From positions 6,873-70,872 of the forward strand of contig WQYP01000002.1 of assembly GCA_009781185.1 (NCBI GenBank): DNA of 64,000 nucleotides, written 5' to 3'. Both the position numbers and the translations under genes were made by a program. The notes under the pieces were generated by a model, which did no database searches, had not been told where the DNA came from, and was given only the letters and a program-made list of their open reading frames with translations. Below are positions 7,420-16,421 of this stretch, one piece after another. The DNA is from Phycisphaerales bacterium (GTDB lineage: Bacteria > Planctomycetota > Phycisphaerae > WQYP01). Numbering within the stretch: the first letter of the stretch is position 1; every line of letters starts with the position of its first letter.

Positions 7420-9525
7420 TTATGTGCTATAAGTGTACTCATGTCGGTAATAGGTTTGGGTGTGACTGACGCCGTTGATGATGATTCTGGGGGTTTTGTT
7501 GGTGATGCGGGCGAGGGCGTCGAGGGTTTGGTTGACTTCTCGCGGGCTGGAGCGGCTGGCGCGCACGACGCAGAGGATTTCGTCGCAGGATTGCGCGATG
7601 AGCCGGGCGTCGGCGACGACCAGGGCCGGCGGAGAATCGATGAGGATGCAGTCGAAACGCTCGCCCCCTCCCCCTAGCTGAGCGAGCGCTTCGTGGAAAT
7701 GGCGGCGTTGGAAGAGTTCGACGGGGTTTCGTTCGATTTGGCTGCCGGCGCCCATGATGCGGAAATTCGGGAGCTCTTCGAGAGGGCGTACGAGTTCCGG
7801 GGGATTGCCCTGGAGCAGATCGGAGAGGCCGGGGCGGAAGCCGATGTCGAACATGGTGGTGAGGTCGCGTTTGCGGAGGTCGGCGTCGATGAGGAGGACG
7901 TCGAGGCCGCTCTTGGCGATGGAGAGTCCGAGGTTGGCGGTGATGGCGGTTTTGCCGTTGCTGGGAGTGGGGCTGGTCACGAGCATGACGCGGCGGTCGG
8001 TGTGGCCGGGCGGGAGGAGGTTGGCGTGGAGGAGTCGCATTTCTTCGCCGAGGATTTTTTGTTGGAGAGGGGGGGGGCCGCTATTGTTGCTGTTGAGCAC
8101 GGTGTGTGAAATGCTTCCGACGACCAGCGGCTGAAAATGCTCCGGCAGATCGTCGGCGTGATCGATCTTGTCGCGGAGTTTCATGAGGAGTGCGAGCATG
8201 CCGAAGCCGAGGAAGAGGCCAAAGCCGTTGGCGGCGGCGGCGAACTTCGGCCAGCGGTTGACGGTGGGCGTCTTCGGTTGCACCGTCGGCCCCAGCAACG
8301 TCACTCGCCCGGGCGCACGGGTCTGGTTCTCGATCTCCGCAATGCGATCGTTGTAACGCTTCAGTGCGTCCTTGGAGTCAGCGATCTGCTCCTTGAGCTG
8401 GAGAATCGGCGTGATTTTGTTGCTCAGCGTGCGAGCGTTTTCTTCCTGTTCCGCGATCACTTTTTGCAGGCCCGCGATCTGGCCGGCCAGGGCAGTCAGA
8501 TCCGCGTCGGCGTCCCGGATTTTCCTGGCGCGATCCATGGCGTAGCTGGATTGATAAGACGCCCAGGCGTTCTCCTGAATCTCCTTGCGGCGGTCCGCGA
8601 TCTTCTCTTCCAGCGCCTTGATCTGCTTGCGGTATTCCACGCGGTCGGGATGTTCGGGGGTGGCGCGTCGTGAGGCCAAGATGCCGTCGAAGACCATGAT
8701 CCTGGTTCGCTCCGTCGCCCAGCGATCGACCTGGCTGTCGCCTTCGGTCGGCACGCTGGACTTGAAAAGGGCTTCGGTGGCGGGCTCGCGGTTCTGCATC
8801 GCTTGGCGCTGGGCCTTGAGAGCGATTTCGTCCGTCTGAAGTTTATTAAGCGTCTGGCGGGAATTGGCGATCACTTGCATGATGATTCTGCGATCGTCTT
8901 CGGTCCATGCGGCCCCCCCCCCTCCGCCGTCGGCTTCGAGGCGGACGAGTTTCTCCTGGGCGTCGCGGAGTGACTTGTCCGTGGTGGCCTGGAGCTGCTT
9001 GAGAATCTTCAACGATTTGTCGATGTTCTGCTCGTCGAGCTCGTTGCGGGAACGGAAGTAAGCGTCGATCACGGCATCGACGATCGCGGTGGCCGCCTCG
9101 GCGTCCTGGTACGCCATCGTGACGTAAATCGCCTGCATCGACGCGACGACCTGCACCTGTTCGTCGAGGTAGCGGATCTGGTCCGGCAATGCACGGAACC
9201 AGGCATACTTCCTCAGACGCACATCCTCAGCAGCGTGGGAGAGCACGAACGGACTCTTCATCATCTCGGCCTGCGTGCGAATGTATTCACTGTAGAACGG
9301 ATTGGCTTCCTTGGTGCCGCTGACGGGATTGGCAATCACCGGCGAGACTTCGACCGACCCCTTGGCGACATACTGCGGCGGTACCGTCCAATAGACAAAA
9401 GCCGTCGCCGGCACAGCGATAACCGCCCAGATCAGCAGCACGACCCACCAGTACCTGTGGACCGCCGCACGAAATCGCGACGATTGCCGGCGCGCTTCAG
9501 CGGCTTCACTTGTTTCCATGGCCAT
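7420..9525 (-). CDS. Polysaccharide co-polymerase / BY-kinase (Wzc/GumC/ExoP-like chain-length determinant fused to a tyrosine autokinase).
   Basis: N-terminal TM plus coiled-coil Wzz-like region. Walker A VTSPTPSNGKTAITANLGLSIAKSG. C-terminal Tyr cluster ...TQTYYRHEYTYST. The track start at 9603 is possible; MAMETSE at 9525 is preferred. Confidence 0.8.
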   Translation of the reverse strand: MAMETSEAAEARRQSSRFRAAVHRYWWVVLLIWAVIAVPATAFVYWTVPPQYVAKGSVEVSPVIANPVSGTKEANPFYSEYIRTQAEMMKSPFVLSHAAEDVRLRKYAWFRALPDQIRYLDEQVQVVASMQAIYVTMAYQDAEAATAIVDAVIDAYFRSRNELDEQNIDKSLKILKQLQATTDKSLRDAQEKLVRLEADGGGGGAAWTEDDRRIIMQVIANSRQTLNKLQTDEIALKAQRQAMQNREPATEALFKSSVPTEGDSQVDRWATERTRIMVFDGILASRRATPEHPDRVEYRKQIKALEEKIADRRKEIQENAWASYQSSYAMDRARKIRDADADLTALAGQIAGLQKVIAEQEENARTLSNKITPILQLKEQIADSKDALKRYNDRIAEIENQTRAPGRVTLLGPTVQPKTPTVNRWPKFAAAANGFGLFLGFGMLALLMKLRDKIDHADDLPEHFQPLVVGSISHTVLNSNNSGPPPLQQKILGEEMRLLHANLLPPGHTDRRVMLVTSPTPSNGKTAITANLGLSIAKSGLDVLLIDADLRKRDLTTMFDIGFRPGLSDLLQGNPPELVRPLEELPNFRIMGAGSQIERNPVELFQRRHFHEALAQLGGGGERFDCILIDSPPALVVADARLIAQSCDEILCVVRASRSSPREVNQTLDALARITNKTPRIIINGVSHTQTYYRHEYTYST

Positions 9526-9719
9526 GTATCCGGATCCTCCTGTGGCGTTCCACTCAGGAAGATGACCCGGGTTCGAGCGTGTGACGATGGCCGCCGTGTT
9601 CATGAATGGAACCTCGCTACGAAAGGTACGAAGTTTTGAAGGCGGTAGATGCTTCGTGTCAGTGCGATACTATTCAGCACGAAGACACGAAGATACGAAG
9701 GACACGAAAATGTTAGTTT

Positions 9720-10808
9720 TTAATTTTTCTTCGTGATCTTCGTTTCTTCGCGCCTTCGTGCTTTGGTCGTGGCCGGGCTCAGGATGCGGGAGAAGGCTTC
9801 GGAACCGGGCGGGATGAAAGCGTCGCGGAGTGCGACGGAGCGTCGGACCAGCGAGTCGGCGCCGACGACGGCACGCGTGCTGATGACGATGGGACCCAGC
9901 AGAACGGCGCCTTGTTCGATGACGGCGCCTGCGTCGATCCAGATATTGCCGCGGAGATAGGCGTTTGGACTCACCGTTGCCGTTTCATGGATGACGACAT
10001 GCGATTGTTCCGTTGGTACGCTGAAGCGTGAACTCCGGAATCCGGCGGGCGGATCGGCGGCGGCTCGCGGAATCGCCTCTCGCATGGCCGCAAGATAATG
10101 CTCCGGCGAATGAATCAGCATCGCTGGGGGCGTTAGCCCCCGGCTCTGCCGGGGGTTTTGGAGGGAAGGGGCTTCCGTATCAGCGTTCCTATCGACCGCC
10201 CCCCTGGCAGATGGAGGGAGGCCGGGGGCTGACGGATGCGGGCCGCGAAGTTTGTGGCAACGCACCCGCATGCCGACGGCGATGACGTGGGGAATGAATT
10301 GTTCCTTGATGTCGTGATAGCCGACCGGCGGCACCAGATCGAGTGTACGCGGTTCGATGAGATAGACGCCGGCTGGTTCGAGATGGTTCTTGCCCGCCCG
10401 CAGGGCGCCGACAGTGATCGCGGCATCGTTTCGCCGGTGCTCTTCCATCATGGCGGACAGGTCGAAGTCGTACCAGCCGGTGCCTTGGATGCAGACCATG
10501 GTGGTTGTGCCGGTCCATGCCCGGAGGTCCCGCAGGCAGCCGGCCGGTCCACGCGGCAAAATGTCCTCCGAGTAATGCAGCGATTGCCACGGCGCTTCGC
10601 CGCTGGAGAGTTCCGAGGCGATCATGCGGGTCTTGCCGTTGGCACAGATCGCTATATTGCGGCAGCCGGAGCGGACGAGAAATCGCAGCACATGCGAAAT
10701 CAACGGCTCTCCCGGAAACGGCCACAGTGCGCGCGGAAGTCCGGACCCTGGAACTTCCAGGCCGGACCGAACGCCACCGGCTAGCACCACCGCATTCATT
10801 CCATCCAT
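9720..10808 (-). CDS. Sugar-phosphate nucleotidyltransferase with a C-terminal left-handed beta-helix (GlmU / mannose-1-P guanylyltransferase-like). Its middle carries an in-frame low-complexity insert made of palindromic-repeat sequence.
   Basis: N-terminus MNAVVLAGGVRSGL...LPRALWPFPGEPLISHVLRFL is the NTP-transferase G-loop. C-terminal hexapeptide repeats VVIHETATVSPNAYLRGNIWIDAGAVIEQGAVLLGPIVISTRAVVGADSLV. Positions 10018-10235 match intergenic REP elements. Confidence 0.6.
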   Translation of the reverse strand: MDGMNAVVLAGGVRSGLEVPGSGLPRALWPFPGEPLISHVLRFLVRSGCRNIAICANGKTRMIASELSSGEAPWQSLHYSEDILPRGPAGCLRDLRAWTGTTTMVCIQGTGWYDFDLSAMMEEHRRNDAAITVGALRAGKNHLEPAGVYLIEPRTLDLVPPVGYHDIKEQFIPHVIAVGMRVRCHKLRGPHPSAPGLPPSARGAVDRNADTEAPSLQNPRQSRGLTPPAMLIHSPEHYLAAMREAIPRAAADPPAGFRSSRFSVPTEQSHVVIHETATVSPNAYLRGNIWIDAGAVIEQGAVLLGPIVISTRAVVGADSLVRRSVALRDAFIPPGSEAFSRILSPATTKARRREETKITKKN

Positions 10809-10910
10809 CTCCACCCACAGACTCGCGGAACCCACGGACGCGCAGAGCGAATTGCAGTTGAGATGTTTCGCAAAATCCATACCACGACGGACGCCGTGCT
10901 CTGCGGGGAA

Positions 10911-11031
10911 ATCGTTCAATCGTCAAGTCGTCAAGTCGTTAAATCGTTAAATCGAAAGGTTGCGCCCGTTTCGTCCCGGCATACGTAGAACCCGCGACGT
11001 GTTGACGACTTGACGATTTAACGACTTGACG
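10911..11031. promoter_or_regulatory. Array of tandem 8-mer units (CGTCAAGT x2, CGTTAAAT x2, ...) on the plus strand, a 47-bp spacer, then an inverted array (TTGACGACTTGACGATTTAACGACTTGACG). It lies in the divergent promoter between the nucleotidyltransferase and wzy-like genes.
   Basis: Seen directly in sequence. The same 8-mer family (CGTTAART) occurs at 7334-7368 and as a long palindrome at 17632-17712. Confidence 0.7.
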
Positions 11032-12453
11032 CATTCGGAGTGTGTGATGATTCCGCAGGTTGCACTGGTGCTGTGGATTCTGACGTCGTTGGTGTTCTTT
11101 GCAATGCTTTCGCCGCTGCGGGCGTTTCTTTTGACTTATGTCATTGGGCTGCTGGTGTTGCCGGTGGAGATCACCGATCGTAACGGCTATCAGATCGGGT
11201 CGATCGTTTTCACGCAGTCGCTACGTATCGACAAGATCACGGCATGTCACATCGGGGCGATCCTGGGAACGCTGCTCTTTTCGCCGCATGTGTTGCGCCG
11301 GCTTCGCTTGCAATGGCTGGACCTGATGTTCGCGGTCGTGGTGGCCGGTGCGTTTGCCACGTCGCTCGTCAATCAGCTGGGTTCCAAGGAAGGTGTGTCC
11401 AATGTCGTGCAGACGCTGCGGGAGTATCTGCCGATCATGGTGCTCGCTCGGCTCTACATCGTTTCTTTCGCGGACCTGCTGCAGGCTGTGCGGGTGATTG
11501 TCGGCGGCGCGTTTGTTTATTCGGCCATCTGCGTGCTGGAATGGCGAATCGCACCGCAATTGCATACTTTGCTCTACGGCTATTTCCAGCATTCCTTCGA
11601 CGAATTTATCCGCTACGACCACTACCGCCCCGCAGGCTTCATGCGACACGCGATCGAACTCTCCAGCTTCATGGCGATGGCGGCGATCCTGACAGGATGG
11701 CTGACCTGGAAGAGGATGTTCAGGCCGCTGTGGGGATTCGTTCCGCCGGGCGCGGTGATAGGGGCGATCCTGGTTGGGCTGGCGACGACCATGACCTTTT
11801 CCGGATACTGCGAATTTCTACTTGGTGCGTTTGTTCTGGCGGCGATGTTGTTTTGGCGGAGTCGTTGGATCGTCTGGATTCTGCCGCTCGTTGCGGTCCT
11901 GTGGATCGTCGGACGCGGCACCGGCGCGCTGGATGCGGCGTGGCTGGTGAGTTTGACGAATCAGTTCAATCCGGCACGGGCCGCCTCCGTTCAATATCGG
12001 CTGGAGTCCGAGCAACTCAATCTCGCCATCGCGTCGCAACATTTCCTGCTGGGACAGGGCGCACGCTACGGAGCGGCACGCACCAGCGAAGGCAAACTCC
12101 TGCTGGCGCTCGATGCGCAATGGCTGACCAATTTGGTGTTCTTCGGCATCGTGGGCCTGGCAGGATGGTTCATGGTCTGGGCGTGGCCGATCGTTGAAAC
12201 GACGAAGCGTTGGCGGCGGATTTCGCTTCAGGACCAGACGCTCGCGGCCGTCATCTGTGTGCTCATCGGTGCACAGTTCATCGATTTTTTATTCAATCAT
12301 TTTCCGTCGTGGTTTTTATTGATCCTGAATGTCGGGCTGATCAGTGCTTTGCAGTACGGACGTCCCGTGACGGCGCTGCGGCGCGTGCGTGCATCGGCGC
12401 CCCGCATGGCAAAGCGGGGCTTTAGCGTGGCGAAGAGAGGAGCGACACCATGA
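11026..12453 (+). CDS. O-antigen ligase / Wzy-like polysaccharide polymerase, a multi-TM membrane protein.
   Basis: ~10-12 predicted TM helices with a periplasmic loop (…RGTGALDAAWLVSLTNQFNPARAASVQYRLESEQLNLAIASQHFLLGQG…) typical of the Wzy_C/O-antigen ligase family. TTG at 11026; ATG at 11047 with GGAG 6 nt upstream is more likely. Confidence 0.55.
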   Translation: MTHSECVMIPQVALVLWILTSLVFFAMLSPLRAFLLTYVIGLLVLPVEITDRNGYQIGSIVFTQSLRIDKITACHIGAILGTLLFSPHVLRRLRLQWLDLMFAVVVAGAFATSLVNQLGSKEGVSNVVQTLREYLPIMVLARLYIVSFADLLQAVRVIVGGAFVYSAICVLEWRIAPQLHTLLYGYFQHSFDEFIRYDHYRPAGFMRHAIELSSFMAMAAILTGWLTWKRMFRPLWGFVPPGAVIGAILVGLATTMTFSGYCEFLLGAFVLAAMLFWRSRWIVWILPLVAVLWIVGRGTGALDAAWLVSLTNQFNPARAASVQYRLESEQLNLAIASQHFLLGQGARYGAARTSEGKLLLALDAQWLTNLVFFGIVGLAGWFMVWAWPIVETTKRWRRISLQDQTLAAVICVLIGAQFIDFLFNHFPSWFLLILNVGLISALQYGRPVTALRRVRASAPRMAKRGFSVAKRGATP

Positions 12454-13445
12454 CGCCGCGACGACGAATAGCTGCGATCATCGTGCACTACCGAACGCCT
12501 GGGATGTTGCGGAACGCGGTGGCGTCGCTGCTGCCGGAACTGGATCGGCAGAGGGACGAAATCGTGATTGTCGACAATGCGTCCGGGAAGGCGGATCTCG
12601 AGCGGATTCGGCCGCTGGCGGGGGTCGGAGTAGGGTGGGGTGGTGGCGTAATGCGGGTGATTGAATCGCGTGACAATCTGGGGTTTGCGGGCGGTAATAA
12701 CCTGGCGATTCAGCAGGTGATGTGCGACGGTGGCGCGGAGTATATTCTGCTGCTGAATCCGGACACGCTGGTGCGGCGGGGTGCAGTCGTTACGCTGCTG
12801 GCATTTCTCGAAAGTCATCCGAACGCGGCGGCGGTTGGGCCGCGGTTGGAAGACCTCGACGGCACGCCGCAGCAGTCGGCATTCGGATTCATCACGCCCA
12901 TTTCGGAATTCATCCGCGGCGCAAGCATCGGCCCCGTATCGCGGATGCTCCAGCGTTACCAGGTCTACGGTTCTGTGAGCGAGCATGCCCATCGCACAGA
13001 CTGGTTGGCGGGCGCCTGCGTGCTGATGCGGACGTCGCTGATCGAGCGGGTCGGGCTGCTGGACGAACGTTTTTTCATGTATTTCGAGGAGGTCGATTTT
13101 TTTCGGCGGGCGGCATTGATCGGCGATCAGCGATTCGAAGCGTGGTACGAACCGGCCGCACACGTCGTGCATCTCGTCGGACAATCGTCCGGCGTGGTCC
13201 GCGATTCCGGGCATCGAAATCGCCTGCCCGCGTACTGGTTTGAATCACGCCATCACTATTTTCGCAAGCATTTCGGCTATCTCGGCATGGTGGCCGCCGA
13301 CGGCTGCTGGTTCGCCGGACACCTGCTCAACCTGGCGAGGAAATTATTCACCGGCGTTTCGCACGCACACCTGGCGCATCGAGAGTCCCGCGATCTGCTG
13401 CGGCACAGCGTCCGCGCCTGTTTCCTTCCCTGGAGCCTGACGTGA
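12450..13445 (+). CDS. Glycosyltransferase family 2.
   Basis: IAAIIVHYRTPGMLRNAVASL...EIVIVDNASGK...DNLGFAGGNNLAI...ILLLNPDTLV are GT2 motifs. 4-nt ATGA overlap with the upstream gene. Confidence 0.75.
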   Translation: MTPRRRIAAIIVHYRTPGMLRNAVASLLPELDRQRDEIVIVDNASGKADLERIRPLAGVGVGWGGGVMRVIESRDNLGFAGGNNLAIQQVMCDGGAEYILLLNPDTLVRRGAVVTLLAFLESHPNAAAVGPRLEDLDGTPQQSAFGFITPISEFIRGASIGPVSRMLQRYQVYGSVSEHAHRTDWLAGACVLMRTSLIERVGLLDERFFMYFEEVDFFRRAALIGDQRFEAWYEPAAHVVHLVGQSSGVVRDSGHRNRLPAYWFESRHHYFRKHFGYLGMVAADGCWFAGHLLNLARKLFTGVSHAHLAHRESRDLLRHSVRACFLPWSLT

Positions 13446-14011
13446 CCACGCCATCGCACATGCTCGCGGTCAGCAAATTCGTCGCGGCGACGCCGATCTC
13501 GCTCGCCGCGCAGATTCGTGAGGACTACCGCGTTCACGGGCGAGATTGGACTCGGCCGGGGTTTCACGCGGTGGCGGTGCACCGTTTCGGTGTGTGGCGG
13601 ATGCGGATTCGGCCGAAATGGTTGCGGGCGCCGTTTTCGGTGCTGTACCGCGTGCTGTTCCGCTATGTACGGAACTGCTACGGCATTGAACTGCCGTACT
13701 CGGCGTCACTCGGGCGGCGGGTCATCATCGAGCATCAATCCGGCATCGTCATTCACGGCAGCGCGATCATTGGAGATGACTGCATCCTTCGACAAGGCGT
13801 GACACTGGGCAATCGCACGCTGGAAAAGCCCTTCGAGGCGCCGACGCTTGCTGCGGGGGTCAACGTGGGCGCCGGCGCGAAAATTCTCGGTGCGGTTCGC
13901 ATCGGCGAGCATGCGGTCATCGGGGCCAATGCGGTCGTCTTGCGCGATGTGCCGCCATACGCGCTGGCGGTCGGCGTGCCCGCACGGATTATCGCCGGAG
14001 ATACGACATGA
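13442..14011 (+). CDS. Polysaccharide O-acetyltransferase of the serine acetyltransferase / hexapeptide-repeat family (WcaB/CysE-like).
   Basis: N-terminus DWTRPGFHAVAVHRFGVW is SAT-like. C-terminal hexapeptide repeats IEHQSGIVIHGSAIIGDDCILRQGVTLG...GVNVGAGAKILGAVRIGEHAVIGANAVV. Overlaps both neighbours by 4 nt. Confidence 0.65.
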   Translation: MTTPSHMLAVSKFVAATPISLAAQIREDYRVHGRDWTRPGFHAVAVHRFGVWRMRIRPKWLRAPFSVLYRVLFRYVRNCYGIELPYSASLGRRVIIEHQSGIVIHGSAIIGDDCILRQGVTLGNRTLEKPFEAPTLAAGVNVGAGAKILGAVRIGEHAVIGANAVVLRDVPPYALAVGVPARIIAGDTT

Positions 14012-15096
14012 GCATCGGCATCGTCATCATCGGCCGGAACGAAGCTCAGCGCCTTGCTGCGTGCCTGAATGCGGTGCGCGCGTCGCATGTAAATCAGGCG
14101 GTCGAGATCGTCTATGTGGATTCCGGCTCTTCGGACGATTCCTGCGAGATTGCGGAAGGGGGGGGGAGGTCCCGGGTTCAGGTGGTGCGGCTTGACGCGT
14201 CGTTGCCGTTCACGGCGGCCAGAGCTCGCAACAGTGGAGCGCAAACGCTGATGCAGTCACATCCGGACCTTGAGTATTTGCAGTTCCTCGACGGCGACAC
14301 GCAGATGCACGCTGATTGGCTTTCGCACGGCGTGAAGTATTTGGAGCATCATCCTTCGGTGGGCGCGGCGTGCGGACGGCGTCGGGAGTGCAATCCTGCC
14401 GCCGGCATCTACGACTTTCTGGCGGACATGGAATGGAACACGCCGATTGGCCGGGCGGAAGAATTCGGCGGCGACGTGCTGATGCGGGCGGACCTGTTTC
14501 GCCAACTCAACGGTTATCGGCACGATTTCATCGCGGGCGAAGAACCTGAACTCGCAGCCCGCATGCGAACCGCCGGCTATCACCCGGTACGGCTGAACCA
14601 CGAAATGACGCTCCACGAAATGGGCATGACGCGGTTTTCGCAGTGGTTCCGCCGAGCGATTCGCTCCGGACACGCCATCGCGCAGCTCCATCACGTGCAT
14701 GGCCGGCCGCCGCTGCGGCTGTATCACCAGCAGTGGCGATCCACGTGGTTCTGGGCTCTGATGTTGCCGCTGGCAGTCATTTTGCTCTCGCTACGGACGA
14801 CGCCCTGGGCGCTGCTGCTCTATCCGGCGGCGAACCTGGCGCTGATGTTGCGCGTTTCGCGGGATCGTCTCCGTCGCGGCGACGATCGCCCCGCGGCCAT
14901 CATCTACGCGTTCTTCACAACGCTGGCCAAGCTGCCGCAATTGCTGGGAATGTTGACGTTCCATCTGAACCGTCTCCGTCGCCGGGACTCCATGATCATT
15001 GAATACAAATCAAATCAATCGCATGTGGCGATCCCCCAAAAAGGGAGCCCCGGATGGCAATCCGGGGCTTTTCTCGTAGAGAGCAGAGACTGCTGA
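14008..15096 (+). CDS. Glycosyltransferase family 2 with a C-terminal TM segment.
   Basis: GIVIIGRNEAQRLAACL...VEIVYVDSGSSDDS...DGD is the GT2 DxD architecture. Confidence 0.7.
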   Translation: MSIGIVIIGRNEAQRLAACLNAVRASHVNQAVEIVYVDSGSSDDSCEIAEGGGRSRVQVVRLDASLPFTAARARNSGAQTLMQSHPDLEYLQFLDGDTQMHADWLSHGVKYLEHHPSVGAACGRRRECNPAAGIYDFLADMEWNTPIGRAEEFGGDVLMRADLFRQLNGYRHDFIAGEEPELAARMRTAGYHPVRLNHEMTLHEMGMTRFSQWFRRAIRSGHAIAQLHHVHGRPPLRLYHQQWRSTWFWALMLPLAVILLSLRTTPWALLLYPAANLALMLRVSRDRLRRGDDRPAAIIYAFFTTLAKLPQLLGMLTFHLNRLRRRDSMIIEYKSNQSHVAIPQKGSPGWQSGAFLVESRDC

Positions 15097-15098
15097 CC

Positions 15099-16421
15099 AT
15101 GCACATCGCTTATCTGATCTCGCAATATCCGGCCGTCTCGCACACGTTTGTGCAGCGGGAAATCCTCGCGATGCGCGGCCTGGGCTGGACGATCACGACG
15201 ATTTCGATCCGGCGTGCCAAAGCCGGCGACCTGTTGACGCCACTGGATAAGTCCGAGGCAGCCGACACGCACGTGATCGTGCCGCCCCATCCGTTCCATT
15301 TTGTCGCGGCGATGGTCGTCGCCTTGCTGCATCCGCGGACGCTGTGGCGAACGCTGAAAACCGCGTGGCGGCTGCGGCGCCCGGGCTTACGCGGTGCACT
15401 CTGGGCAATCTTCTATTTCGTCGAAGCACTGCTGGTGCATCGCATTGCGAGCAAGAAAGGCGTCACGCACTATCACGCGCATTTTGCCAACGTTGCCTGC
15501 GATGTGGCGCTGCTTGCTTCGCATCATGACCGCAAGAGTTTTTCCTTCACGATGCACGGGCCGACGGAATTTGCGAACGCCGCGTTGCATCGTCTGCCGG
15601 AGAAATGCCGGGCTGCGAGGTTCGTCATTTGCATTTCCGATTTCGCTCGCGCTCAGCTCATGGCCCTGTTGCCCAGCGGTCTGTGGAACAAGCTGCACGT
15701 GGTACGCTGCGGAATTGATCCGGCGCAGTTTGCCTCCCCTGTCGCCAGGGACCCGGACGCGAGGGTCACGAACATTTTTACGATTGCGCGTCTTTCACCG
15801 GTGAAGGCGCATCCGATTCTTTTTCGTGCGATCGACGAACTGCTGCTGCGTGGCCACGAAATCTGCCTCATGCTTGCCGGCGACGGGCCTTGCCGCGTGG
15901 AACTCGAGCATCTTGCGGACACGATGGGATTGCGTCAGCGGATCCGTTTCGCCGGTAACGTCGGTCAGGATCGCATTCCACAACTGTTGGCCGAGTCGGA
16001 CCTGTTCGTTCTGCCGAGCTTTGCGGAAGGTTTGCCGGTCGTGCTGATGGAGGCGATGGCGTCGGGTTGTCCGGTGGTGGCGACGCGGATCGCCGGTATT
16101 CCGGAACTGATTGAGGACGGTCACAGCGGACTGCTGGTCTCGCCGGGACGGGCTGATCTGTTGGCCAATGCCATGGAACGATTGATTTCTGCGCCGACGT
16201 TCGCACAACGATTGGTCGCCGAGGCCCAACGGAAAATTCACTCCGATTTCAACCTGCGGCTGACTTCGACGCGATTGTCCGCGGTGTTCAAAGCCTATCT
16301 CAGCCCAAGACGCACACCGCCCTTCGAGCCTCGCACTCGCGGCAGGCAGGATGAGACGCAACGTTCGCAAGAAGACTCTCGAACCGACGCGCGAATCCGT
16401 GCGAAGGAGGCCGCTCCATGA
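15099..16421 (+). CDS. Glycosyltransferase family 4 (WcaL-like, exosortase/EPS-associated type).
   Basis: MHIAYLISQYPAVSHTFVQREI... at the N-terminus. GT4 C-terminal motif FVLPSFAEGLPVVLMEAMASGCPVVATRIAGIPELIEDGHSGLLV. Confidence 0.8.
   Translation: MHIAYLISQYPAVSHTFVQREILAMRGLGWTITTISIRRAKAGDLLTPLDKSEAADTHVIVPPHPFHFVAAMVVALLHPRTLWRTLKTAWRLRRPGLRGALWAIFYFVEALLVHRIASKKGVTHYHAHFANVACDVALLASHHDRKSFSFTMHGPTEFANAALHRLPEKCRAARFVICISDFARAQLMALLPSGLWNKLHVVRCGIDPAQFASPVARDPDARVTNIFTIARLSPVKAHPILFRAIDELLLRGHEICLMLAGDGPCRVELEHLADTMGLRQRIRFAGNVGQDRIPQLLAESDLFVLPSFAEGLPVVLMEAMASGCPVVATRIAGIPELIEDGHSGLLVSPGRADLLANAMERLISAPTFAQRLVAEAQRKIHSDFNLRLTSTRLSAVFKAYLSPRRTPPFEPRTRGRQDETQRSQEDSRTDARIRAKEAAP

Noticed and set aside
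12297-13214. 305-aa minus-strand ORF overlapping the GT2 gene.
   Set aside because: Overlaps a well-supported GT2 CDS on the plus strand and has an Arg/His-rich composition; considered spurious.
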